Source: an uncultured Rubrivivax sp.
GTDB taxonomy: Bacteria; Pseudomonadota; Gammaproteobacteria; Burkholderiales; Burkholderiaceae_C
Reading direction: 5' to 3'
Assembly (NCBI GenBank): GCA_964400135.1
Contig: CAYNSW010000006.1
Location: 41,989-105,988, forward strand
Length of the DNA stretch: 64,000 bases
How positions within the stretch are numbered: the first letter of the stretch is position 1; each line of letters starts with the position of its first letter. Below are positions 49,266-58,670 of the stretch, one piece after another. The notes beneath the pieces were generated by a model. That model saw only the letters and a list, made by a program, of their open reading frames with translations. It did not search any database and was not told where the DNA came from. Both the position numbers and the translations under genes were made by a program.

Positions 49266-49955
49266 TTGACATCCCCTACTGTTCCTCGCATCACACGCCC
49301 CCATGCGGCGGCGGTGGTGGGAGTGGACACGCATTTGCCCAGCGTAGCGCCCGAGCGTCTGCACGAGCAGGCGCTACGCCAGCGGTTTGCCCAGGCTCCG
49401 CCCGATTGGCGCCCCGAGATTGCGGGCGACGGCCGATGGCAGGATGCACCCACCCGAGAGGCATCGGTCCTGGTGCCTTTGGTCAGGCGCGATCAGGGCC
49501 TGCATGTCTTGCTGACGCAAAGAACCGATCATCTGCATGACCACGCGGGCCAAATCAGCTTTCCTGGGGGGCGTCGTGACGCTCAAGATGTCGACGCGGT
49601 GCAAACGGCATTGCGTGAGGCTCAAGAGGAAATTGGTTTGCCAGCCGGACACGTGGAGGTGATCGGCGCCTTGCCGGTTTACACCACCGTGACGCACTAC
49701 CGGGTCACGCCAGTGGTGGGCCTGGTGCGTCCCGACTTCGAACTGGTGCTGGACGCCTTCGAGGTGGCTGAGGCCTTTGAGGTGCCGCTGGCCTTCTTGA
49801 TGAACCCGGCCCATCACCAGCGCCATGAGGTGGAGTTTGACGCAATGAAGCGCCAGTTCCTCTCGATGCCGTGGCGCCACGGACAGCGTGAGTACTTCAT
49901 CTGGGGCGCCACAGCGGCCATGCTTCGCAACCTGTACGCGTTCTTGTCTCACTGA
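49266..49955 (+). CDS. Nudix hydrolase, CoA pyrophosphatase (NudL-like)
   Basis: LLTQRT..L..HAGQISFPGG, TALREAQEEIGL, IWGATA; TTG start uncertain. Confidence 0.85.
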   Translation: MTSPTVPRITRPHAAAVVGVDTHLPSVAPERLHEQALRQRFAQAPPDWRPEIAGDGRWQDAPTREASVLVPLVRRDQGLHVLLTQRTDHLHDHAGQISFPGGRRDAQDVDAVQTALREAQEEIGLPAGHVEVIGALPVYTTVTHYRVTPVVGLVRPDFELVLDAFEVAEAFEVPLAFLMNPAHHQRHEVEFDAMKRQFLSMPWRHGQREYFIWGATAAMLRNLYAFLSH

Positions 49956-50006
49956 TTTTCCAACCTCGCGGCTACTGCGGGCGTACTCTGGCTATCATTT
50001 GCGGCC

Positions 50007-50945
50007 ATGAGTTTCTTTGCCGTCTTGCTGGCTCTATTCATCGAGCAGGTCAAACCCTTGCCTCGGGTCAATCGGCTGCAACCTTTGCTGCAGACCTGGA
50101 TGGGCTGGGTGGCCCAGAATTTCAACGCCGGCAAGTCTCGACATGCCCTGGTGGTTTGGCTTATCGCGGTGGCGCTTCCTGCGGCTGTCTTGGCCGGGCT
50201 GTATCACGCGCTGAGTCACCTTGGGGTGTTGTTGGCACTGGCTTTGGATGTGGCGGTGCTGTACCTCACCCTCGGATTTCGCCAGTTCAGTCATCACTTC
50301 ACCGACATCCGCGATGCGCTCGATCGAGGCGATGAACTGGAGGCCAGGCGCCTGGTGGCCCAGTGGCAGGGAGTCGATGCCACCCAGTTGCCCCGATCTG
50401 AAATCTTGCGCCTGGTCATTGAGCAGTCTCTGTTGGCGGCGCACCGCCATGTCTTGGGCGTGTTCTTCTGGTTTGTGGTGCTCTCGGCGCTGGGCTTGGG
50501 GCCGGCTGGGGCTGTGATCTATCGTATGTCTGAAACGGCGCTGCGCTGGTCGATCCGCCTGACCCAAAGTCCGCAGGGCTTGGGCCACGAGGTGGTTCAT
50601 GAGTGGAATCAGCGCATGTTCTCCCGTGTGGACCATGTGCCGGCCCGGCTGACCGCATTTGGCTTTGCAGTGGTCGGAAACTTCGAGGAGGCGGTCAACG
50701 GGTGGCGCCGGGATGCCACCCTGTGGCAGCACTCCAACGAAGGCATCATCTTGGCGGCCGCGGCCGGTGCGGTCGGGGTGCAACTCGGGGGCCAAGGCCC
50801 CATGGAGTCAGCGGCGCAAGGCTCTACCGCCGGAGTACCTCCTCAGATGGCCCATCTTCAGAGCATGGTGGGCCTGGTGTGGCGCTCCGTCGTGCTGTGG
50901 ATGTTGTTGGTGGCTTTACTGAGCCTGGCCAATGTCCTAGGCTGA
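50007..50945 (+). CDS. CobD/CbiB (AmpE-like) family membrane protein
   Basis: LGFRQFSHHFT.IR.AL, HRHV.GV.FWF, PARLTA.GFAVVGNFE; usual position after the Nudix gene. Confidence 0.8.
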   Translation: MSFFAVLLALFIEQVKPLPRVNRLQPLLQTWMGWVAQNFNAGKSRHALVVWLIAVALPAAVLAGLYHALSHLGVLLALALDVAVLYLTLGFRQFSHHFTDIRDALDRGDELEARRLVAQWQGVDATQLPRSEILRLVIEQSLLAAHRHVLGVFFWFVVLSALGLGPAGAVIYRMSETALRWSIRLTQSPQGLGHEVVHEWNQRMFSRVDHVPARLTAFGFAVVGNFEEAVNGWRRDATLWQHSNEGIILAAAAGAVGVQLGGQGPMESAAQGSTAGVPPQMAHLQSMVGLVWRSVVLWMLLVALLSLANVLG

Positions 50946-50961
50946 TGCAAGGCTGCCGAGC

Positions 50962-51894
50962 CTAGCTGCGCCTTACCAGGCTCAATTCGTCAAGCAGCGT
51001 GTGATAAATCTCATAGCGCTGTCGGTCCAATACACCTTGATCCACCGCGCTTCGGATGGCACAGCCGGGCTCGCTGCGGTGCACACAATTGTGAAAGCGG
51101 CAATGGCCCAGATGGGGCCGCCAGTCCGGCATGAGCCCCGGCAGATCTCGGGCATCGATGTGATGCAGGCCAAAGGTCTGAAACCCGGGCGAGTCGATCA
51201 GGCCGCTGCGAGCGGCCCGGCCATGGCGGCCGGCCGGGGCTGGATCCGGCAAAGCGTACCAGCGGGTAGCCGTGGTGGTGTGCTTGCCACTGCGCAACGC
51301 GGCCGAGAGCTCGCCCACCTGAGCGCCGGCGTTGGGCACCATGAGATTGATCAAGGTGCTCTTTCCTGCTCCGCTGGGACCCAGTACCAGGGTGGTTCGC
51401 CCTTGCAAGTGGGACTCCAGCCGGCTTCGTGAGCCCTGTGGATCGATCTTCAGCGATACCTCTTCGATTCGCTCGCTCAGCTCTCGGTACCGGGACAGCC
51501 GCTCACGAGCTGCAGCCGCTCCTGCCAGATCCGTTTTGTTCAGCAGCATCCAGGCCGGCACACCAGCGCTGGCAGCGGCCATCAGTGCCCGAAGAATGAG
51601 GCTGTCGCTGAATCCCGGATCTACGGCCACGAGCACCAACAGGGCGTCCACATTGGCTGCAAAGGATTTGCTTTTCCAGGCGTCTTGTCGCTGCAGGATA
51701 TTTCGACGGGTCCCGATGGTTTCGATGACTCCCTCATCGCCGCTGGGCAACCACCGAACCTCATCGCCCACCACTGCTTCTTGCTGCCGACCCCGCAGGT
51801 GGCATCTCACCGTGTGACCGGCATCGGTCTGCACCACCACGTGACGGCCGTGGGCCGCCACCACCCATCCGTTCAACGCGGCCTCAGACGCCAC
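50962..51894 (-). CDS. rsgA: Ribosome small subunit-dependent GTPase A
   Basis: VVGDEV, AANVD, LNKTD, GPSGAGKSTLIN, GKHTTT, IDSPG, C.F.NC.H..EPGC. Confidence 0.94.
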   Translation of the reverse strand: MASEAALNGWVVAAHGRHVVVQTDAGHTVRCHLRGRQQEAVVGDEVRWLPSGDEGVIETIGTRRNILQRQDAWKSKSFAANVDALLVLVAVDPGFSDSLILRALMAAASAGVPAWMLLNKTDLAGAAAARERLSRYRELSERIEEVSLKIDPQGSRSRLESHLQGRTTLVLGPSGAGKSTLINLMVPNAGAQVGELSAALRSGKHTTTATRWYALPDPAPAGRHGRAARSGLIDSPGFQTFGLHHIDARDLPGLMPDWRPHLGHCRFHNCVHRSEPGCAIRSAVDQGVLDRQRYEIYHTLLDELSLVRRS

Positions 51895-53155
51895 GAAGCG
51901 CGGCCAGACGTTGAGTGGCCGGAGGGTGAGAGTAATAAAACCCCACGTAAAGCGGATCGGGTGTCAAGGTGGCGGCGTTGTCCTCATGCAGTTTGAGCAA
52001 GGCGCTGCCCAAATCGCTGGCGCTGGCTTGGGAACTGGCGTAGGCGTCTGCCTCGAACTCATGGCGACGGGAGAAGTAGGCCATCAGAGGTGTCACGAAG
52101 AACGTCACCTGGGGCAGGACCAGCATGAAGAGCAAAAGCGCCACAGCATCATGGGGGGCCATGATCCGAGGCTCCACCCCCAGCCCCTGATAGAAAGCCG
52201 GTTGTGTGGACAGCCAGCCCAGGGCCGCCAACGCGGCCAAGCTGATCAAGAACAGGCTCACCATGCGCTTGAGCACGTGGCGGTGCTTGAAGTGCCCCAA
52301 CTCATGGGCCAGAACCGCTTCTACTTCACCTGGAGTCAGGCGAGCCAGCAAGGTGTCGTAGAAAACCACGCGCTTGGCTGCACCCAGACCTGTGAAGTAG
52401 GCATTGGCATGAGCCGAGCGGCGGCTGCCATCCATCACGAACAGGCCCTTGGCTGCAAACCCGCAGCGCTGCATCAGCGCTTGCACGCGCTCGGCCAGCG
52501 CCTGATCCTGCAGGGGTTCAAACTTATTGAACCAAGGTGCGATGAGTGTGGGGTACACCACCAACAGGGTGATATTGAAAGCCATCCAGGCACCCCAGGC
52601 CCACAGCCACCACCAGGGCCCTGCAGCTCCCATGAGCCACAACACCAGTGCCACCAAAGGCAGCCCCACCACCAGCCCCACCAAGGCCCCTTTGAGCATG
52701 TCCGCCAACCACAGGCGTACCGTCATGCGGTTAAACCCAAAACGCTGCTCGACACCAAAGGTGGATGCCCACTCAAAGGGCAGATCCAGCACACCGCTAA
52801 TCACTGAAAAAGCCACCACCAACAGCAGCTGTCCCCACACCGGGTGGGCCACGGGGTCTAGCCAGGTGCTGACGAGTTGATTCAGCAGGTCCAGTCCTCC
52901 CAGCAAGGTCCAGCCCACCAGCAGGGCCGTGGCATAGGTCAGACGCAGCATGCCCAGGCGGGCGTTCGCTGCCGTGTAATCGGCGGCCTTTTGGTGGGCG
53001 GCCAGGGTGACCGAGGTTTCAAAACCAGCGGGAACCGCCTGGCGGTGCTGATGCACATACCGAACCTGTCGCCGGGTCAGCCACAGGCGGGTAACCCACC
53101 CGGCCACCAGCACGACAACCCACGCCCAAGTCACCCAGTTTGCAGAAATGCTCAT
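51884..53155 (-). CDS. M48 (Ste24-like) metallopeptidase
   Basis: [22 protein letters not shown] (HEXXH), E.EAD, YYSHP. Confidence 0.93.
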   Translation of the reverse strand: MSISANWVTWAWVVVLVAGWVTRLWLTRRQVRYVHQHRQAVPAGFETSVTLAAHQKAADYTAANARLGMLRLTYATALLVGWTLLGGLDLLNQLVSTWLDPVAHPVWGQLLLVVAFSVISGVLDLPFEWASTFGVEQRFGFNRMTVRLWLADMLKGALVGLVVGLPLVALVLWLMGAAGPWWWLWAWGAWMAFNITLLVVYPTLIAPWFNKFEPLQDQALAERVQALMQRCGFAAKGLFVMDGSRRSAHANAYFTGLGAAKRVVFYDTLLARLTPGEVEAVLAHELGHFKHRHVLKRMVSLFLISLAALAALGWLSTQPAFYQGLGVEPRIMAPHDAVALLLFMLVLPQVTFFVTPLMAYFSRRHEFEADAYASSQASASDLGSALLKLHEDNAATLTPDPLYVGFYYSHPPATQRLAALRGV

Positions 53156-53224
53156 GCCCGTAGTGTAGGGCTGAGGGACAATGGGCCATTGCCTCTTGGC
53201 CCCTCAACCCTACTGGCTGATCGT

Positions 53225-53815
53225 ATGTCACTCATCGAGTCTTCTGCCGCCACCTCTGGCTCCACCCCCTTGGCTCTGAGTGAGCTCAATTTGGTGTGGA
53301 TCGATCTGGAAATGACCGGACTGAACCCGGATACAGAGCGCATCATCGAGGTGGCCGTGGTGGTCACCGACCCCCAGTTACAAGTTAGGGTGGAAGGCCC
53401 GGTGATGGCCATACACCAGAGCGAGGCCTTGCTCAAGGGCATGGATGCGTGGAATACGGCCACCCACGGCAAGAGCGGATTGACCGAACGGGTACGCGCC
53501 TCCTCAATCGATGAGGCAGCGGCAGAGGCGGCAGTGATTGAGTTTTTGCAGCGCTACGTCCCCAAGGGCAAGAGCCCCATGTGCGGCAACACCATTTGTC
53601 AGGATCGCCGTTTTCTGGCCAGAACCATGCCCCGCCTGGAGGCCTTCTTCCACTACCGCAATCTTGACGTCAGCACGCTCAAGGAGTTGGCCAGGCGTTG
53701 GCGACCGGCGCTCCTGGATGGATTCAGAAAGGCGCAGGCCCACACGGCCCTGGCTGACATCCATGAGTCCATCGATGAGCTGGTCTACTACCGACAGCAC
53801 CTGCTGGTGCCCTGA
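53225..53815 (+). CDS. orn: Oligoribonuclease
   Basis: [49 protein letters not shown]. Confidence 0.96.
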   Translation: MSLIESSAATSGSTPLALSELNLVWIDLEMTGLNPDTERIIEVAVVVTDPQLQVRVEGPVMAIHQSEALLKGMDAWNTATHGKSGLTERVRASSIDEAAAEAAVIEFLQRYVPKGKSPMCGNTICQDRRFLARTMPRLEAFFHYRNLDVSTLKELARRWRPALLDGFRKAQAHTALADIHESIDELVYYRQHLLVP

Positions 53816-53818
53816 TCG

Positions 53819-54166
53819 TCAAACCGCCAGGAGCTCGACCTCAAACTTCAATGTGGCATGAGGTGGAATGACTCGCCCTGCTCCCCGCGCGCCATAACCC
53901 AGCGCCGGCGGAATGATCAGCACTCGCGTACCGCCAACTTGCATACCCGCAACGCCTTCGTCCCATCCGCCAATCACCTGCCCGGCGCCGAGTTCGAACT
54001 CAAAGGGCTCACCCCGATCCTTGCTCGAGTCAAATCTTGACGTGGCTTGACCGTCCTCCCACAACCACCCGGTGTAGTGCACTTGCACCTGCATCCCGGC
54101 AGCAGCCGTTGGGCCCGTTCCGGGGTGTGTGTCTTCGTATTGCAAACCGGAGTCGGTGGTGATCAT
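53819..54166 (-). CDS. FKBP-type peptidyl-prolyl isomerase
   Basis: [41 protein letters not shown]. Confidence 0.95.
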   Translation of the reverse strand: MITTDSGLQYEDTHPGTGPTAAAGMQVQVHYTGWLWEDGQATSRFDSSKDRGEPFEFELGAGQVIGGWDEGVAGMQVGGTRVLIIPPALGYGARGAGRVIPPHATLKFEVELLAV

Positions 54167-54217
54167 GGGGGGTCCTGAGCGGTTGTAGAGGCCAGAGGAG
54201 ATGGCGCAAGCTGTGAA

Positions 54218-55159
54218 TCAGCTCGTGCGCACAGCGTGCATCATGCCACCAGGCGAGGGGGGATAGCGGACTGACCATGCCCGCACTGCGGCCTCCAGCC
54301 AGGCTGAGGTATTCAGTGGATGGTCGGGCAGCTCTCGAAGCCCCAGGGTCTGGGCCGCTTGTTGGAGGGTGTTCACAGCCTCTTGGCGCGTCTTGCACAA
54401 GACGGGGGCGGCTCCATTTTGCTTGGACAACTTCAACCCGTCTTCAGCCAGGACCAAAGGGGTATGCAAGTAGCAGGGAGTGGGCAGACGCAAAGCGGAT
54501 TGCAGCAAGATTTGACGGGGGGTGTTGTCTGCCAGATCTTCGCCTCGCACGATGTGCGTCACGCCTTGTGCGGCGTCGTCCACCACCACGGCCAACTGGT
54601 AGGCCCACAGCCCGTCGGCGCGTCGCAAGACAAAGTCCCCCACCTCCTGCGTGACGTTTTGTTGCTGCGCACCCAAGCGACGGTCCTCCCAGGTCACGAT
54701 CTGATCGCCGCCTGTCGCATCGCAGGTCATCAGCCGAATCGAGCGGGGCGCCTTACCAGCCAAACCGCGGCGGCAGGTGCCGGGATAGGCCCGGGGGGCG
54801 AAGCGGGTTGCCCCCTCATGGCGAGCCGGCACCGCCTCTTCGATTTCTCGACGGCTGCAGCCACAAGCGTAGGCCGCTTGAGCGACCAACAAGGTCTGCA
54901 GGGCTGTCTCGTAGCGATGCGTATGGGCCGACTGTCGGGCCACCGGCCCATCTGCCACCAGACCCAGGTCCTGCAATTGCTGCAAGATGGTATCGGTCGC
55001 TGCTGGCGAACATCGGGGGGTGTCGGTGTCTTCTATCCGAACCCGCCAGATGCCACCCTGGCTGCGCGCGTCGAGCCAACTGGCCAAAGCCGCCACAATC
55101 GAGCCCGCATGAAGCGGCCCCGTGGGCGAGGGGGCAAATCGTCCCACGTAGGGGCTCAC
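54218..55159 (-). CDS. gluQ: tRNA glutamyl-Q(34) synthetase GluQRS
   Basis: [39 protein letters not shown]; no anticodon-binding domain. Confidence 0.92.
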   Translation of the reverse strand: MSPYVGRFAPSPTGPLHAGSIVAALASWLDARSQGGIWRVRIEDTDTPRCSPAATDTILQQLQDLGLVADGPVARQSAHTHRYETALQTLLVAQAAYACGCSRREIEEAVPARHEGATRFAPRAYPGTCRRGLAGKAPRSIRLMTCDATGGDQIVTWEDRRLGAQQQNVTQEVGDFVLRRADGLWAYQLAVVVDDAAQGVTHIVRGEDLADNTPRQILLQSALRLPTPCYLHTPLVLAEDGLKLSKQNGAAPVLCKTRQEAVNTLQQAAQTLGLRELPDHPLNTSAWLEAAVRAWSVRYPPSPGGMMHAVRTS

Positions 55160-55227
55160 GCGTCAGGCCCCCCTACAGCCGTGCCAGTGAACCCACGCCG
55201 TGATGGCCCGATGCGGCAGTGCTTCTT

Positions 55228-56457
55228 TCAACCTGCCCGATCCAACACGTCTTGTACCCCAGCAGGGTCCATGAGTCCCAAGAGAAACTGCTCACAGCGG
55301 GCGAGTTGTTCGAGGGACACGTACTCATCGGCCTGGTGCGCCTGGGCAATCGATCCGGGACCGCACACCACCGTGGACATCCCCGCGCGCTGGAACAAAC
55401 CGGCCTCGGTACCGAAGGCCACCAGCGTGGTGTCGACTCGTCCACTGAGGCGCTGGGCCAATCTCACGGCGGGGTCTGCGGCCGGCGCCTGAAAGGCGGG
55501 CATTTGCGTGAACAATTCGAATGAGAACCCGCAAGCCGGGTCCACGGCCTTCATGGGCTTTTCAAGAGAACGCGCCTTGTCCTCCACCAGTTGTTGCAGG
55601 CTGTCCACCTCGGTGCCCGGAAGATTTCGAAATTCATAGTGAAAGCGGCAGTCTTGCGGCACCACGTTGTCCGCGATGCCCCCTTCAATGACGCAGGTGG
55701 CGGTGGTGGTCCACGGCACATCGAAGCCAGGATGAAACGGGCCTTGCGCTTCCCAGTGGTCGCCCAGGTCTGCCAGGTGTGCGATCAGTCGAGCCGCCGA
55801 CTCGACCGCGTTGACCGCTTGCGGAGTCAAGGAGGAGTGCGCGGCCTTGCCCCGCACGCAGCACCGGTACCGAAACACCCCCTTGTGGGCCGTGGCCGGC
55901 ACCATGGAGGTGGGCTCCCCCACGATGCACAGCCGCGGTGCCAGGCCGGCCTCAGCCAAATCGGCGATCATTTGTCGTGCCCCGTCGCCACCCGTCTCCT
56001 CGTCGTAGCTGAAGGCAAAGTGCAAGGCATGGGGCAAATCGGCCTGTAAAAAAGCCTGGGCTTGGGCCACCACCAGCCCGATGAAGCCCTTCATATCGGC
56101 GCTACCTCGACCGTACAAGCGTCCGTCTCGCACATCGCCGCTTAAGGGGTCCACGGTCCAATGCTGCCCGTCCCAGGGAACTGTATCGGTGTGACCCGAT
56201 AACACCACCCCTGCGGGCTTTCCTGCACCCAAGGTGGCAAACAGATTGGCTTTCTGACCGGTGGCATCGCGAGTCAGTCGAATGGGAATGCCCAGGTCAC
56301 GCAGATGGTCGGCGATGCACTCGATGACGGCCAGGTTGCTGTCGCGACTGACGCTGGGCAGGCGAACCAACCGTTGCGCCCAATCCAGTGAGTGACTCGA
56401 CGGCGCTGTCTGGGGTTGGGTGGTGGGGCTAACAGAAGAACGTGTCGCGTGTGTCAT
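55228..56457 (-). CDS. argE: Acetylornithine deacetylase (M20)
   Basis: LSGHTDTVP, GRGSADMKGF, SYDEE, VGEPT, HSS, FGTEAG, GPG.I.QAH. Confidence 0.88.
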   Translation of the reverse strand: MTHATRSSVSPTTQPQTAPSSHSLDWAQRLVRLPSVSRDSNLAVIECIADHLRDLGIPIRLTRDATGQKANLFATLGAGKPAGVVLSGHTDTVPWDGQHWTVDPLSGDVRDGRLYGRGSADMKGFIGLVVAQAQAFLQADLPHALHFAFSYDEETGGDGARQMIADLAEAGLAPRLCIVGEPTSMVPATAHKGVFRYRCCVRGKAAHSSLTPQAVNAVESAARLIAHLADLGDHWEAQGPFHPGFDVPWTTTATCVIEGGIADNVVPQDCRFHYEFRNLPGTEVDSLQQLVEDKARSLEKPMKAVDPACGFSFELFTQMPAFQAPAADPAVRLAQRLSGRVDTTLVAFGTEAGLFQRAGMSTVVCGPGSIAQAHQADEYVSLEQLARCEQFLLGLMDPAGVQDVLDRAG

Positions 56458-56538
56458 GGCGTCAGGTCTCGCGCAGAGGGGGTGGAGCGCCGAGCGGGGC
56501 GTGACCGGCGCGGCAGTGGGTGAGATCGCAAGTCGACC

Positions 56539-57579
56539 TCATGGGCGTACGGAGGAGATGATGACCCGCACATTTCGATGGCCCACGGCTATCGGTGTGC
56601 TAAAGCCTTCAAAGTCACCAGAAGAGGGTGTGGCCTGGCCCGATGGGCTGATACGGGCACCCACCACCACCTCCTGCGCTGAGCTCAGGCGGGGTCCGCC
56701 TGGCATGGCCATACTGTCATCGAGGGTGAAACTCAGCGGGAGATCCCGCACCCGCGCTCGCATCACTGCCAGCGGCATGCCCGGGCCTTGAGCGCGACGC
56801 GCAAAGATGAAGACCACGTCATCAGGTTTGACCTGACCTTGTAACGCCCCCACCAATTCGATACGTCCCGCCACAGAGGGCATGGCGGTGTCCGATGAGG
56901 AGGGCTGCGGGCGGGAGGTCGCAGAACCGGACACGCTGGCCCGCTGGCGGGCTTCAGCCAGGCTCTCCTGGGCTTGCTGGTGGATGGGACTGTCGGCAGG
57001 CTCGATCTGCGTGATCTTCTCCCAATGGCCGATGGCGCTGCGGTAGTCCTGACGCGAAAAAGCCTCGGTGCCGGCCAACGCCAGGGCCTTGATGTTGCGC
57101 GGGTCGAGCTGCAAGGCGCGTTGGAGCAAGCGTGCGGGCTCGCCGGCCAGAGAGCGGTCTTGTCCCATGGCAATGGCGTCGGCCAGATCGGCCAGTGCCG
57201 AGGCGTCTGCGGGCGCGCGCGCCACCCATTGGCGCAGGGCCTCTTGCGCCGCCTGCGGTTGGCCCAGGACCAGATAGGAGCGTCCCAGCATGGCCCAGCC
57301 CTGCAGATCGTCAGGCTCATGGCGAAGCCGCTGCGCCAGGCGTTCGACCATCTCCACCAATTGGGCCTCGGTCACCGGCGGTGTCTGACTGTCCTGCACG
57401 CTGCCGGTGAGTGCTTGTGGCGCGCCCTTCCAGCCATAGCCCAACAGCCCCACCACGAGACAAATGGCCAAGCTCCACAGCGCCAGGCCTTTGCCCACGC
57501 GAGCGGTTCCAGGAGCAGTGGGTGGGCGCAAGGCGGGGGTATCGTCGTTGGCAGACACGTCCATGGGCGCTGCTTTCAC
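56539..57579 (-). CDS. CcmI/CycH-like TPR protein
   Basis: TM segment, TPRs (GWAMLGRSY, KALALAG) and a C-terminal FIFAR..PLAV..LP..FTLDDS.AM..ARIS domain. Confidence 0.8.
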   Translation of the reverse strand: MKAAPMDVSANDDTPALRPPTAPGTARVGKGLALWSLAICLVVGLLGYGWKGAPQALTGSVQDSQTPPVTEAQLVEMVERLAQRLRHEPDDLQGWAMLGRSYLVLGQPQAAQEALRQWVARAPADASALADLADAIAMGQDRSLAGEPARLLQRALQLDPRNIKALALAGTEAFSRQDYRSAIGHWEKITQIEPADSPIHQQAQESLAEARQRASVSGSATSRPQPSSSDTAMPSVAGRIELVGALQGQVKPDDVVFIFARRAQGPGMPLAVMRARVRDLPLSFTLDDSMAMPGGPRLSSAQEVVVGARISPSGQATPSSGDFEGFSTPIAVGHRNVRVIISSVRP

Positions 57580-58604
57580 AAAGAAGCCAAAAACTGCTGG
57601 ACATCGCGTACCGTGCGCTCGGGATCTTCCTCGTGGGGTACGTGGCCCAGGTCATCGTAGGTGATCAGACGCGCGTGCGCGATGCGGGAGGTGAACTCGC
57701 TGGCCACCTGAGGCGGAATCAATCGATCTTGCTGACCCCACAGCACGAGGGTGGGTTGGGTCAGTTGGTTCAGTGCACCGAGATCCTGACCCCTTTGCAT
57801 CTGGCGCAGGCGCAGGACCAACGCACGCCGATTGCCGCTGCGAAGGCTCAACTCATGATAGCGATCCACCGTCTCACTGCGCACCCGATCGGCTCTGCCA
57901 TACACATTGGTGACGCTGGCGTGTACCACCGACCGCCCCAGGAGGTAGGGGGCCACCCATTCCATGCCCGGCAGTCGCGCCATGGCAAATCCCAAAGGGA
58001 CCGATTGCGGCGTGAAGTCCGGGCCAGAGGCATCAACCAATACCAGCGCACTGACGCGCTGAGGTTCCAGGGCGGCCAGCCGCCAGGCAATTTCACCGCC
58101 CAGAGAGTTACCGACCAATACCGCCCGCTCAATCTTCAGCTGGTCGAGTACATCACGGGTGAATCGGGCCAAGGTCGAGGTGCGGTAGTCATCCTGCGCG
58201 TAGGCCAAAGGCGCTGTTGAGCCCCACGAGGGATCCAAAGCCCAGGGACCGGTCAATCCCATGCCGGGCAGGTCAAAACGTACCACCCGACGCTTGGGGC
58301 GCAAAGCTTGCGCCCAACCCTCCCAGGTGTGCAAGCTTGCGCTCGTGCCATGGATCAGCACGATGGGATTGGGGTCTTCGCGCGGACCCTCATCGCGCAG
58401 ATGCACCCATTGGCCCTGAACGGCCACAAAGGTGCTGGGTGGGGGTGCCCAACGCTCCAGTAGCGATGGCAACGGCCGATCGCGTTCAATGACACCGGCC
58501 ACCAGCCAGCCGATGGAGACAATCAGCAGCAGGACACCCCAGCGCATGACGCCTTGGCTCCAGCGCCGGGACGTACTGGGGACGTGAAGTCTGGGCGAGG
58601 TCAC
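57576..58604 (-). CDS. Alpha/beta fold hydrolase with an N-terminal membrane anchor
   Basis: LIHGTSASLHTW, DLPGMG, GNSLGG, WGQQD, GHVPHEE; start GTG 58604 (6 nt after TACAAT) or ATG 58547. Confidence 0.85.
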   Translation of the reverse strand: MTSPRLHVPSTSRRWSQGVMRWGVLLLIVSIGWLVAGVIERDRPLPSLLERWAPPPSTFVAVQGQWVHLRDEGPREDPNPIVLIHGTSASLHTWEGWAQALRPKRRVVRFDLPGMGLTGPWALDPSWGSTAPLAYAQDDYRTSTLARFTRDVLDQLKIERAVLVGNSLGGEIAWRLAALEPQRVSALVLVDASGPDFTPQSVPLGFAMARLPGMEWVAPYLLGRSVVHASVTNVYGRADRVRSETVDRYHELSLRSGNRRALVLRLRQMQRGQDLGALNQLTQPTLVLWGQQDRLIPPQVASEFTSRIAHARLITYDDLGHVPHEEDPERTVRDVQQFLASL

Positions 58605-58610
58605 CTGAGC

Positions 58611-58663
58611 ATTGTAGGCACAGCCCTGGCCGCAAGGGCGCTGTCCCGTCGCATGCCTACAAT
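58611..58663. promoter_or_regulatory. Back-to-back divergent promoters, each TGCC-TACAAT
   Basis: attgtaggca at 58611-58620 and tgcctacaat at 58654-58663 form a 10-bp inverted repeat; starts lie 6 and 7 nt downstream. Confidence 0.6.
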
Positions 58664-58670
58664 CGTCGAC

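Noticed and set aside
50007-50945. CobD/CbiB-like gene as part of a cobalamin cluster
   Set aside because: No other cob/cbi genes are present; it sits in the common rplS-Nudix-CobD-like-rsgA core context
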